Source: Abditibacterium sp.
Lineage (GTDB): Bacteria; Armatimonadota; Abditibacteriia; Abditibacteriales; Abditibacteriaceae
Direction of reading: 5' to 3'
DNA: 64,000 nt
NCBI GenBank assembly: GCA_965246885.1
Contig: OZ251992.1
Coordinates: 896,001 to 960,000 of the forward strand
In this document: piece by piece, positions 18,990-26,971 of the stretch
Position numbering within the stretch: the first letter of the stretch is position 1
How the letters are laid out: every line of letters starts with the position of its first letter
Notes under the pieces: model-generated
Databases searched by the model: none
The model's input: only the letters and a program-made list of their open reading frames with translations
What the model was told of the DNA's origin: nothing
Program-made: the position numbers and the translations under genes

Positions 18990-19601
18990 TCACTCTTCTC
19001 TAATGGAAGCTGGACGCAGGGGGAGCACGTCGGGTACATCCAATTCGTCGTAGATGTCGGCGAGGGAGAGTTCGATGCCCACGCTGTCCAACTCTATCAC
19101 CTCGCCGCGCCCGTCGTAAGACCGGTGCACCCAGTTTGCCCCCTGCCGCGAGAAGTGCTCGACCCACACGCGGTCTTGCTCTATAAGGATGTACTCCTCG
19201 AAGGTGGGAATGGTTTTGTAGAGCGCGAACTTGCCCGTGCGGTCGTAGTTTTGGGTGGAATCCGACAGCACCTCGAAGATGACCTTGGGAGTCAGCAGGG
19301 CGGAGTCGCCCTTGCCAACGAACCGCGACGGCGGGCAGAAGATAACCGCATCGGGATAAACCTCCTTCCCGTTCGACTCGGCTTTGACGCGCATCTCCGA
19401 ACTGCGCGCCTTGCACGGCTTGCCCCGCAAAGCCTCCTTCGCAGCAGCCGCGACGTTGGTGCAGATGGTGGCGTGATTGAAAGTCCCACCCGCCATAGCG
19501 AACACTTCGCCATCGAGCCACTCGTGTTTGACCGTCGAAATCTCCTCGCCCTCGCGGTACTCTTCCTCGGTGATGTAGTCGAACTGGCGCTGCGCGTTCA
19601 T
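18990..19601 (-). CDS. Uma2-family (DUF820) endonuclease-like protein
   Basis: KHEW.DGEVFAMAGG..NH, YPD, EVLSDST..YDR..KF..Y. Confidence 0.92.
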   Translation of the reverse strand: MNAQRQFDYITEEEYREGEEISTVKHEWLDGEVFAMAGGTFNHATICTNVAAAAKEALRGKPCKARSSEMRVKAESNGKEVYPDAVIFCPPSRFVGKGDSALLTPKVIFEVLSDSTQNYDRTGKFALYKTIPTFEEYILIEQDRVWVEHFSRQGANWVHRSYDGRGEVIELDSVGIELSLADIYDELDVPDVLPLRPASIREE

Positions 19602-19658
19602 GGGAGGAAGTTTGACGCTTTGGGCGCACCCCTCACAACCGGGAATTGCGCTTTGGGT

Positions 19659-20192
19659 TCATTGGCGTGTCCAAATGTTTGTGGTCGTTCGAGGCACTCC
19701 GCCTAAGTTATCAGTCGAAGTGGCCACTATTCTATTTGACCCCCATGCCATCCAGCGAAGGCGAATGACAATGCCCTTGTGGGACTTGCTCTTGTCATAC
19801 GCATCAATCGAGTACTTCTCGGCATCGTCAATCGTGTTACCATTGGGAACAAAAGGAATGTCGGCTCCGTTTGTTCGCACGTATCGTTTGAAGTTGAACA
19901 GCCTAACTGAGTTGGCGCTCACGGAGTAGCTGCCCTTGAACACAGATGGAGCGCCGGGGCCAGAGCCATCTTCCCCACCTATCTTTGATGTTGGGGAGAA
20001 GGTCGTAACGTCTTCGTATTGCCCATTGGCTTTGAATGTGGTTATTGTTGTGCGGTCTTTATCGCTGTGCACTTGCCATGTGCCCACAAGACGAGAAGTT
20101 ACGGGGCTACGAAGCAGGGCCTGAGCGACAATCACGACAAGCGGCATCAAAGGGCAGGTCAGCAAAATCAACTTTCTACGGTTAAAGTGCAT
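19659..20192 (-). CDS. Hypothetical exported protein
   Basis: N-terminal hydrophobic segment, LVGTW motif. Confidence 0.6.
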   Translation of the reverse strand: MHFNRRKLILLTCPLMPLVVIVAQALLRSPVTSRLVGTWQVHSDKDRTTITTFKANGQYEDVTTFSPTSKIGGEDGSGPGAPSVFKGSYSVSANSVRLFNFKRYVRTNGADIPFVPNGNTIDDAEKYSIDAYDKSKSHKGIVIRLRWMAWGSNRIVATSTDNLGGVPRTTTNIWTRQ

Positions 20193-20366
20193 GACGAATT
20201 CTCCATTAACTTAATACCTTTATTCTACTCGCTCCCGCCGCCGCGCGTTTGACGCCCTGCCCCAATCCCCTCACAATATAAGCCCGTGTCGTCGCGCCCT
20301 GAGGCGCGGCTGAGGGCCACCCTTGGCACCCGCACGGAAAGCAGACACACGTTTCCGCCCGTTGCC

Positions 20367-21356
20367 ATGCAAAACCAAAACACCTCGAACTCGCCCGTTT
20401 CCGATTTCCTGCGCCACCATTACCGCCACTTCAACGCGGCCACGCTCGTTGACGCCGCCGATGCTTATCGCGCGCACCTTGACGGGGGCGGGCAGATGAT
20501 GATCACGCTCGCGGGCGCCATGTCCACCGCCGAATTGGGATTGTCGCTCGCCGAGATGATTCGCCAAGGCAAAGTGCATTGCATCACTTGCACCGGCGCC
20601 AACCTCGAAGAGGACATCTTCAACCTCGTCGCGCACGACTTCTATGTGCGCGTGCCGCACTACCGCGAACTGTCGGCGCAGGACGAAGTTGACCTGCGCG
20701 CGCGCGACCTCTACCGCGTCACCGACACCTGCATCCCCGAAGACGAGGCGATGAAGCGCATCGAAAACCGCATGATTGACCTGTGGAACGCCGCGAACGC
20801 ATCGGGCGAGCGCCTGTTTCCGCACGAGTTCTTCTACCGCCTGCTCGACCAACCGGGCTTTGCCGACCTGTTCCAGATTGACCCGAAAAACTCGTGGATG
20901 CTCGCCGCCAAGGAAAAGAACCTGCCCATCTTCGTGCCCGGTTGGGAGGATTCGACGCTCGGCAATATGTTCGCGGCGCACTGCATTCGGGGCGAAGCCA
21001 AGCCCTCGGTCGTCAAAGGCGGCATCGAATACATGATCGAACTCGCCGACTACTACACCCGCACCACGACCGACAAACAGTTGGGCTTCTTCCAAATCGG
21101 CGGCGGCATCGCGGGCGACTTCCCCATCTGCGTCGTCCCGATGCTCCACCTCGACCTCAAAAGGATGGAAGCGCCCGTGTGGGGCTACTTCTGCCAGATT
21201 TCCGACTCGACCACGAGCTACGGCTCCTACTCCGGCGCCGTGCCCAACGAGAAGATAACATGGGACAAACTCAAGCCCGAAACCCCCAAATTCGTCATCG
21301 AATCCGACGCCACGATAGTGGCACCGCTGGTGTTCGCGTTGGTGTTGGGGATGTAA
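20367..21356 (+). CDS. Deoxyhypusine synthase-like protein (probable homospermidine synthase)
   Basis: TGANLEED, GWEDSTLGN, GGGIAGDF, SGAVPNEKITW.K, ESDATI. Confidence 0.92.
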   Translation: MQNQNTSNSPVSDFLRHHYRHFNAATLVDAADAYRAHLDGGGQMMITLAGAMSTAELGLSLAEMIRQGKVHCITCTGANLEEDIFNLVAHDFYVRVPHYRELSAQDEVDLRARDLYRVTDTCIPEDEAMKRIENRMIDLWNAANASGERLFPHEFFYRLLDQPGFADLFQIDPKNSWMLAAKEKNLPIFVPGWEDSTLGNMFAAHCIRGEAKPSVVKGGIEYMIELADYYTRTTTDKQLGFFQIGGGIAGDFPICVVPMLHLDLKRMEAPVWGYFCQISDSTTSYGSYSGAVPNEKITWDKLKPETPKFVIESDATIVAPLVFALVLGM

Positions 21357-21371
21357 TTTAGTTACGTAACT

Positions 21372-21404
21372 AAAAAGCGCGCCGTTTTGATGAATGGCGC
21401 GCTT
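21372..21404. terminator. Hairpin between convergent genes
   Basis: AAGCGCGCCGTT / AATGGCGCGCTT with an A-tract on the left. Confidence 0.6.
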
Positions 21405-21588
21405 ACTGTTTCTGCGCCCAACGAATATAAAGGCGGGCAGAAGCTGCGCCACAGATGAGCATGGAGGGCAGGAGCGCGATTAGAAAAACGAGCTTAGAAT
21501 GGTGGACATACAAAAAAGCCAACTGGTTGAGGCCTGCCCCGATCAGCATTCCTACGATTAAAGCTGGAAGTTCATGTATATAGCCCAT
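21403..21588 (-). CDS. Small hypothetical membrane protein
   Basis: Two hydrophobic segments. Confidence 0.45.
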   Translation of the reverse strand: MGYIHELPALIVGMLIGAGLNQLAFLYVHHSKLVFLIALLPSMLICGAASARLYIRWAQKQ

Positions 21589-21598
21589 GAGAATTGAT

Positions 21599-21847
21599 TT
21601 ACGGCATATAATGCCATTTCGTTTCGAGCCGTCCAATCAGTCCGCCCAGTTCGTCCGTGTCGTCGCCCTGCGCCCATGCGTTTACTTCGCGGTTCGGGTC
21701 GAAGAACTCGATGACTTCGCCGCGTTGCCGCTCGTTCAACTCGTCGCAGCTGAACTTCTCCTTGAGAACATCGCGCGCGGCTTCGACCGAATCCATGCTC
21801 AGGATTTCGTAGGCCATTCCATCGGACAAATAGGTGGTGAGTCGCAT
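21599..21847 (-). CDS. Hypothetical protein
   Basis: 82-aa acidic ORF with coding-like composition. Confidence 0.55.
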   Translation of the reverse strand: MRLTTYLSDGMAYEILSMDSVEAARDVLKEKFSCDELNERQRGEVIEFFDPNREVNAWAQGDDTDELGGLIGRLETKWHYMP

Positions 21848-22200
21848 GATGTGTCAGAGGAAATAACCCGGCGAGTGTAAGCGCACAGACCCGTTCGGGC
21901 GCGAAATCCCAAATGGGCGCCGCCGATGGGGAACTAAAGGCGCCCTTCGACACGCCAGTGGCGCGGCTTCCCAAGTAGGGGACTTCCTCGCGGCGGGGAG
22001 GGCATCGGGGCTACGCGTTTAGCGGGCACCCCTCCGCGTCTTAGCGTCTTGGCGGGAAATCTCCGCCGTGCCCAAACGCGCGAAAACCCTCAAGAGGGGC
22101 ATTGGCGGCCCCAGTTATTTTCTTATTTTGTAGGTTTAGGATTTAAAGCTATGCAACTCAGTGAAAACGTGAGTGGCAAGCGCCCGGAAATTTCGTAAAA

Positions 22201-22246
22201 TGGACGGCACAGGACGCGAAGTGACGGCAAATGACGCGAAGTGGCG
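22201..22246 (+). promoter_or_regulatory. Putative MraZ operator (five boxes, 10-nt period)
   Basis: GACG at 22203, 22213, 22223, 22233 and GGCG at 22243, upstream of mraZ. Confidence 0.6.
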
Positions 22247-22342
22247 GATTTCGGAATTCCTTCCGGAGACGCCATCAGAACCGAGTTTTTCGTTGCCAAC
22301 GCCCCCTCGCAGGTGGAACGTTTTCCTGCTTCGTATGCGACC

Positions 22343-23029
22343 ATGCCCCGCGCCATCGCCATCAAAGGCGAAGACAAACCGGACGCCCCGTCCGTGATCG
22401 TTCCCGTTCCGGTCATGACCGGGACGCACTTTCACGGGTTGGACGACAAAGGCCGCATTATCATCCCCGCCAAATTACGGGCGGGGCTGACGGAGCGATT
22501 CTGGATGATGCTCGACGAAAACGATAACGTGGCCATGTATGATTTCCAAACAGGGCTGGACGTTCTCGCTTACTGCGAGCGCCAGATGGCGGACAATCCA
22601 AACGACGAGTTTATCGCGGCGGCGGTGGAGCGTATCACCGGCGCAGCGGAACAAACCCAAGTAGAGAACGATTCGTGGCGCGTCCCCGTTTCCGACATTC
22701 TGCGCTTATACGCGGGCATCGAAAAAGAGGTCGTGTCAGTGGGTGTGTTGAACAAAGCGGTGATGTGGTCGCGGGAACGCTGGGAGGAAGCGCAACAAAA
22801 GCGCGAATCGCCCGAAGTTCGCCGCGCTCAAGCCGGGATGTTGCGCGCTGCGGCCAGTCAGGTCAAAAAACCGGGCGTGCCGCAAGCGCCAGAAGTGGAA
22901 GTCGTGGAGGAAGTGGCCGCCAATGCAACCGGAACAGAAGGCAATGGAACAAGGGGAGCGGCGGTTGCATCCACCGGCAATGGTGGCAGAGGTTCTCGCG
23001 TTCTTACGCTGTCAACAATTGGCAGATAA
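22343..23029 (+). CDS. mraZ: Transcriptional regulator MraZ (start may be 22415)
   Basis: G.H.H.LDDKGRIIIPAKLR, WSRERW; first gene of the dcw cluster. Confidence 0.88.
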   Translation: MPRAIAIKGEDKPDAPSVIVPVPVMTGTHFHGLDDKGRIIIPAKLRAGLTERFWMMLDENDNVAMYDFQTGLDVLAYCERQMADNPNDEFIAAAVERITGAAEQTQVENDSWRVPVSDILRLYAGIEKEVVSVGVLNKAVMWSRERWEEAQQKRESPEVRRAQAGMLRAAASQVKKPGVPQAPEVEVVEEVAANATGTEGNGTRGAAVASTGNGGRGSRVLTLSTIGR

Positions 23030-24173
23030 GGACTCGCCCCTTTACCAACCGGACGCCGTGTTTTTGGACGGGACGCTGGGAAGTGGCGGGCACACACTCG
23101 CACTCTTGAAAGCTCATCCGACCTGCCGCGTGGTCGCTTTTGACCGCGACGGCGAATCGCAGAAAATCGCGCTCGAACGCCTTCAATCGGAAGGGGTCGC
23201 CGAGCGCGTGACGGCGGTGCAGGGCGATTTTCGCCAAGCGCCGTCGCTTTTGGAACCGTTCTTTGAAAACCAGAAGGTCGGAAGTGATGGCAGGCCAATC
23301 AAGGGGATTGATGGCGCATTAGTGGACGCGGGAATGAGTCTGATGCAGGTGTTCTGGCCCGAACGGGGCTTGAGCTTCCGCGAAGACGGCCCGCTCGATA
23401 TGCGCTACAATCGGACGAGTGGCCCCACCGCTGCCGATCTCGTGAACCGGCTTTCGCAGACCGAGTTGGAAGACATGTTCTTCCAACTCACCGACGAGAG
23501 ATGGGCGCGCCGCATCGCATTATTCATCGCAGAACAACGCCGCAGTCAACCCATTCGCACCACGTTGGAACTCGCCCGAATTGTCGAAAAGGCCATCCCT
23601 GCTTCTGTGCGCCGTTCGTCGCGCGTTCACCCCGCGACCAAAACTTTCGCCGCTTTACGCATTGTCGTAAACGACGAGTTTTGGGCACTCGACGACGGAG
23701 CACAATCACTCAGCAGTGTGTTGTCACCTTCAGCAAGACTGGTCGTTCTCACTTACAGCAGCAACGAAGACCGCACTTTAAAACGCACCTTTCGCCGCCT
23801 TGCGGGGCGCGAGGAGGAGGAATCCGATGGGTTCTTTCTTCACGCAACCAAGCCTCGCCGTTCTGCCGGGTTCTCCAGACCCCGACAAGACGAACAAGCG
23901 GCGCGCTCATCTCTCGCCCAACTTTTCCCCCATAGGGATAACTTTACCCGAAATCCACTTGAATTGCCATTCAAAACGGAACTTTCGGCCCAAAAATTAG
24001 AAAATCCGGTTCACATCGGCTCGGATGGCTTGGGTGTGACGTGGAAAATGACCACGCTCACGCGCAAACCGGTCGAGCCAACCGAAGCCGAAATCGCAGC
24101 AAATCCGCTCGCCCGCTCCTGTAAGTTGCGTGCCGCAGAAAAAGTCTCTCTCGAAGCGCCACAAACGCCCTAA
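22944..24173 (+). CDS. rsmH: 16S rRNA m4C1402 methyltransferase (start 22923 or 22944)
   Basis: DGTLGSGGH, GPLDMR, HPATKTFAALRIVVNDE, NPLARSCKLRAAEK. Confidence 0.95.
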   Translation: MEQGERRLHPPAMVAEVLAFLRCQQLADKDSPLYQPDAVFLDGTLGSGGHTLALLKAHPTCRVVAFDRDGESQKIALERLQSEGVAERVTAVQGDFRQAPSLLEPFFENQKVGSDGRPIKGIDGALVDAGMSLMQVFWPERGLSFREDGPLDMRYNRTSGPTAADLVNRLSQTELEDMFFQLTDERWARRIALFIAEQRRSQPIRTTLELARIVEKAIPASVRRSSRVHPATKTFAALRIVVNDEFWALDDGAQSLSSVLSPSARLVVLTYSSNEDRTLKRTFRRLAGREEEESDGFFLHATKPRRSAGFSRPRQDEQAARSSLAQLFPHRDNFTRNPLELPFKTELSAQKLENPVHIGSDGLGVTWKMTTLTRKPVEPTEAEIAANPLARSCKLRAAEKVSLEAPQTP

Positions 24174-24211
24174 GACAAACACCCAAAGCATACCAAACAC
24201 GGCAGCCAGCG

Positions 24212-24763
24212 ATGCAAACCCAGAGTGTGAGCGACGGGGTTGTAACCCACACTTGGCCCGTCGCTCACGCTCTGGGTTCACAATCCCGACGCCATCACAC
24301 CATGCCCGCCGCCGCCCGCCGTCACCCTCAACCCGAAGAACTCCTCCCCTCTCCCGTCGCATCTGACTGGGAGCAATTGGCGCCGCTTGTAGACCGCTTC
24401 ACTGACCAGCGCGACGACGAGCAACGCGCCAAGCGCAAGCAGAAACTCCGCCGCCACAAGCGTTTCTTTGTCTCGTCCCTCTTCGTGGTTTCGACGCTTC
24501 TCACGCTCGAACTCGTCGCGCTCGTCGGCCTCTACGCCCTCGACTTGCGAACAATTCGCCAATCAGATCAACTCGACCGCGATATTCGGCAGGCTAATCT
24601 ACAAAAAGCTCTGATAGCCGATAAAGAAGCGGAGATGAAGGCCGCGCCCTTGCTGAACCAATGGGCGCAGGAACTCGGCTTCCAAAAGATGGATAGCTTC
24701 ACTCCATCCGATAAAGTGAACAGCGACGCGCCCATGCCGCTGCCAAAGGAAAAGAGCCGCTAA
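24212..24763 (+). CDS. ftsL: FtsL-like cell division protein
   Basis: Position between rsmH and ftsI; basic patch, single TM, coiled coil, AQELGF. Confidence 0.6.
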   Translation: MQTQSVSDGVVTHTWPVAHALGSQSRRHHTMPAAARRHPQPEELLPSPVASDWEQLAPLVDRFTDQRDDEQRAKRKQKLRRHKRFFVSSLFVVSTLLTLELVALVGLYALDLRTIRQSDQLDRDIRQANLQKALIADKEAEMKAAPLLNQWAQELGFQKMDSFTPSDKVNSDAPMPLPKEKSR

Positions 24764-24818
24764 CTATTAGCCGCGAGGCACGCCGCCAAGTCGCAAGCTA
24801 TGATTCCAAGGCAGAACT

Positions 24819-24900
24819 CCGTCATCCTGAGCTTGCGAAGGATCTCGCGTTACTCCGACGAGAGCGTGACTTGAGATCCTTCGCAAGCTCAGGATGACGG
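24819..24900. repeat. REP/MITE-like palindromic element
   Basis: Perfect 28-bp inverted repeat CCGTCATCCTGAGCTTGCGAAGGATCTC (24819-24846 / 24873-24900). Confidence 0.9.
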
Positions 24901-24967
24901 GGCGCTGCTTCTGGCGAGACCGTCCTCACACCCACCACCGCCCACATCACACCCATTCATCGCCGCC

Positions 24968-26824
24968 ATGACCCATCCCCGCACCATCGCCAAAACTTCT
25001 CAGCACCGCATTGAGCGTGTCTTTTATGTCTTCGCCGCAGCGTTTCTGGTGTGCGGCGGGCGCGTGGCTTGGTTGCAAATGGCCTCGCACGCGGCGACGG
25101 CCAAGGGGCCGGACGCGGCTTTTGAAAAGGCGCTGCTGCTTCCGGCGCGGCGCGGGCAACTGCTCGCGCGCGACGGGACGGCGATGGCCGTGACCATTGA
25201 CGAATACACCGTTGCCGCCAACCCGCGCGGCTGGTCGCGCGAGGAAAAAGACCGCGCCTCGGCAATTTTGGCCGCGACTTTGGGCGCCCCCCAAGCGGCT
25301 ATGCGCGCCAAGTTGGATGAAGTCAACAAACTGGGCGGCGCGAAGAACTACTACGTCAAACTCGCGCAGCACGTGGATGAGACGCACGCCGACGCCTTGC
25401 GGAAAGTAATGGGGCCGCAGCCCAAAGAAACGCGCAAGGACAGGTCGGCGCGCAAGAAGTTCTGGGAAACGCTTTCCCTCGAAGCGTCGCCGCGTCGCCA
25501 TTATCCGCTCGGTCAATTCGCGCCGCAATTGATCGGTTTCACCACCAATTCGGGACTTGGCGCCGATGGCATGGAAGCGGCGTGGCAAAAAACACTCGGC
25601 GGCACGAACGGCGAGCGCGAGGCTTTGGTGGACGCGCAGGGCCGCGCGGTTCCCGGAACGGTGCGCGTATGGCGCGAGCCGTCCGACGGGCTGTCGGTGC
25701 AAACCACCATCGACCCGAAAATCCAACAGGCCGCCGACGACACGCTGCGGGCGACCTACGAGAAATATCACCCGAACTTCTGCGTCGCCGTCGTTCTCAA
25801 ACCCGACACCGGCGAGATCGTGGCGATTTCGACCGCGCCCGGATATGACCCGAACGCGCGCCCGAAAAACATCGTGGACATCACGACCAATCGCGCGTTT
25901 TCCTACGCCTACGAACCCGGCTCGACGTGGAAAATCATCACGGCTTCGGCGGCGGTCGAAACCATCCCGAACTGGCAATCGAAGAGCTTCTACATAGACG
26001 GCCAAGCGCAAGCGGGCAACCACACCATCCACGATTGGCAGTTCTGGGGCGGGCACGTCCAACCCGGAATGAAGGGCCTGTCCGAGGGCATCCGCGACAG
26101 TTCCAACGTGTGTATGTGGCATTTCGCGCAGCTTATGCCGCGCGATACTTTGCCCAACTACGCCCGCAAATTTGGCGTCGGAACCAAGCCCAGTCTGCCC
26201 GGTTTCAACGTTTCCAAAGGCTACTTGCCGCGCTCGGACGCCAAAACGTGGTCAATGGCGCAGTGGGCGAACTTCTCGTTCGGGCAGGGCATGATGATTA
26301 CCCCGCTCCAACTCGCCCAAATCGGGTCGGTGATTGCCAACGATGGCGTAATGATGAAGCCAATGCTGGTCAAGTCCATCCGCGACGCGCGCGGCCAAAC
26401 GGTCAAGGCGTTCAAGCCACAAGTAGACCACCGCGTCATTCAAGCGGCAACGGCGCGCACCGTCAAGACCATGTTGCGCCGCGTTGTCGCCGAAGGGACG
26501 GCGCGCAAATACATCTTCATCCCCGGCTACGCGGCGGCGGGCAAAACCGGCTCGGCCCAAAAAGCGGTCGGCAAAAAGGGCTATGCGGCGGGCAAATTCA
26601 TCTCCTCGTTTGTGGGCATGATTCCCCTCGACCGCCCCAAATACGTCATCGCAGTCATGGCCGACGAGCCGCACGGCAGTCACTGGGGGTCGGAAGTCTG
26701 CGGCCCCGCGTTTACCAATATCGCCCAAGAAGCCGTCACCTCGATGCGCTTGGAAGACGGCCCCCGCGCTCCGGCGCCCGACGCCAATTTAATGGAGCGC
26801 CCTGCCGCGCCAGAGAAGCATTAG
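24968..26824 (+). CDS. ftsI: Class B penicillin-binding protein (FtsI/PBP3)
   Basis: EPGSTWK (SxxK), SSN (SxN), GKTG, N-terminal TM, dcw position. Confidence 0.93.
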   Translation: MTHPRTIAKTSQHRIERVFYVFAAAFLVCGGRVAWLQMASHAATAKGPDAAFEKALLLPARRGQLLARDGTAMAVTIDEYTVAANPRGWSREEKDRASAILAATLGAPQAAMRAKLDEVNKLGGAKNYYVKLAQHVDETHADALRKVMGPQPKETRKDRSARKKFWETLSLEASPRRHYPLGQFAPQLIGFTTNSGLGADGMEAAWQKTLGGTNGEREALVDAQGRAVPGTVRVWREPSDGLSVQTTIDPKIQQAADDTLRATYEKYHPNFCVAVVLKPDTGEIVAISTAPGYDPNARPKNIVDITTNRAFSYAYEPGSTWKIITASAAVETIPNWQSKSFYIDGQAQAGNHTIHDWQFWGGHVQPGMKGLSEGIRDSSNVCMWHFAQLMPRDTLPNYARKFGVGTKPSLPGFNVSKGYLPRSDAKTWSMAQWANFSFGQGMMITPLQLAQIGSVIANDGVMMKPMLVKSIRDARGQTVKAFKPQVDHRVIQAATARTVKTMLRRVVAEGTARKYIFIPGYAAAGKTGSAQKAVGKKGYAAGKFISSFVGMIPLDRPKYVIAVMADEPHGSHWGSEVCGPAFTNIAQEAVTSMRLEDGPRAPAPDANLMERPAAPEKH

Positions 26825-26842
26825 GTCATTCGTCGCGTGGTG

Positions 26843-26931
26843 GATGTCCGCGACGCCGCTACAGACGTCCGCGACGCCGCTACAGACGTCCGCGACGCCG
26901 CTACAGACGTCCGCGACGCCGCTACAGACGT
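26843..26931. repeat. 21-bp tandem repeat, about 4.2 copies
   Basis: (GACGTCCGCGACGCCGCTACA)n, near perfect. Confidence 0.95.
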
Positions 26932-26971
26932 TCACAGCGCGGTGCGGGACGTCCCTGCTCGTGTCGTTGCC

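Noticed and set aside
18990..19601. Uma2 gene as a defence system
   Set aside because: Common, often multicopy family with no partner genes here
17982..19706. 574-aa plus-strand ORF
   Set aside because: Antisense to the diguanylate cyclase and Uma2 genes; no motifs
20271..21452. 393-aa minus-strand ORF
   Set aside because: Antisense shadow of the deoxyhypusine-synthase-like gene
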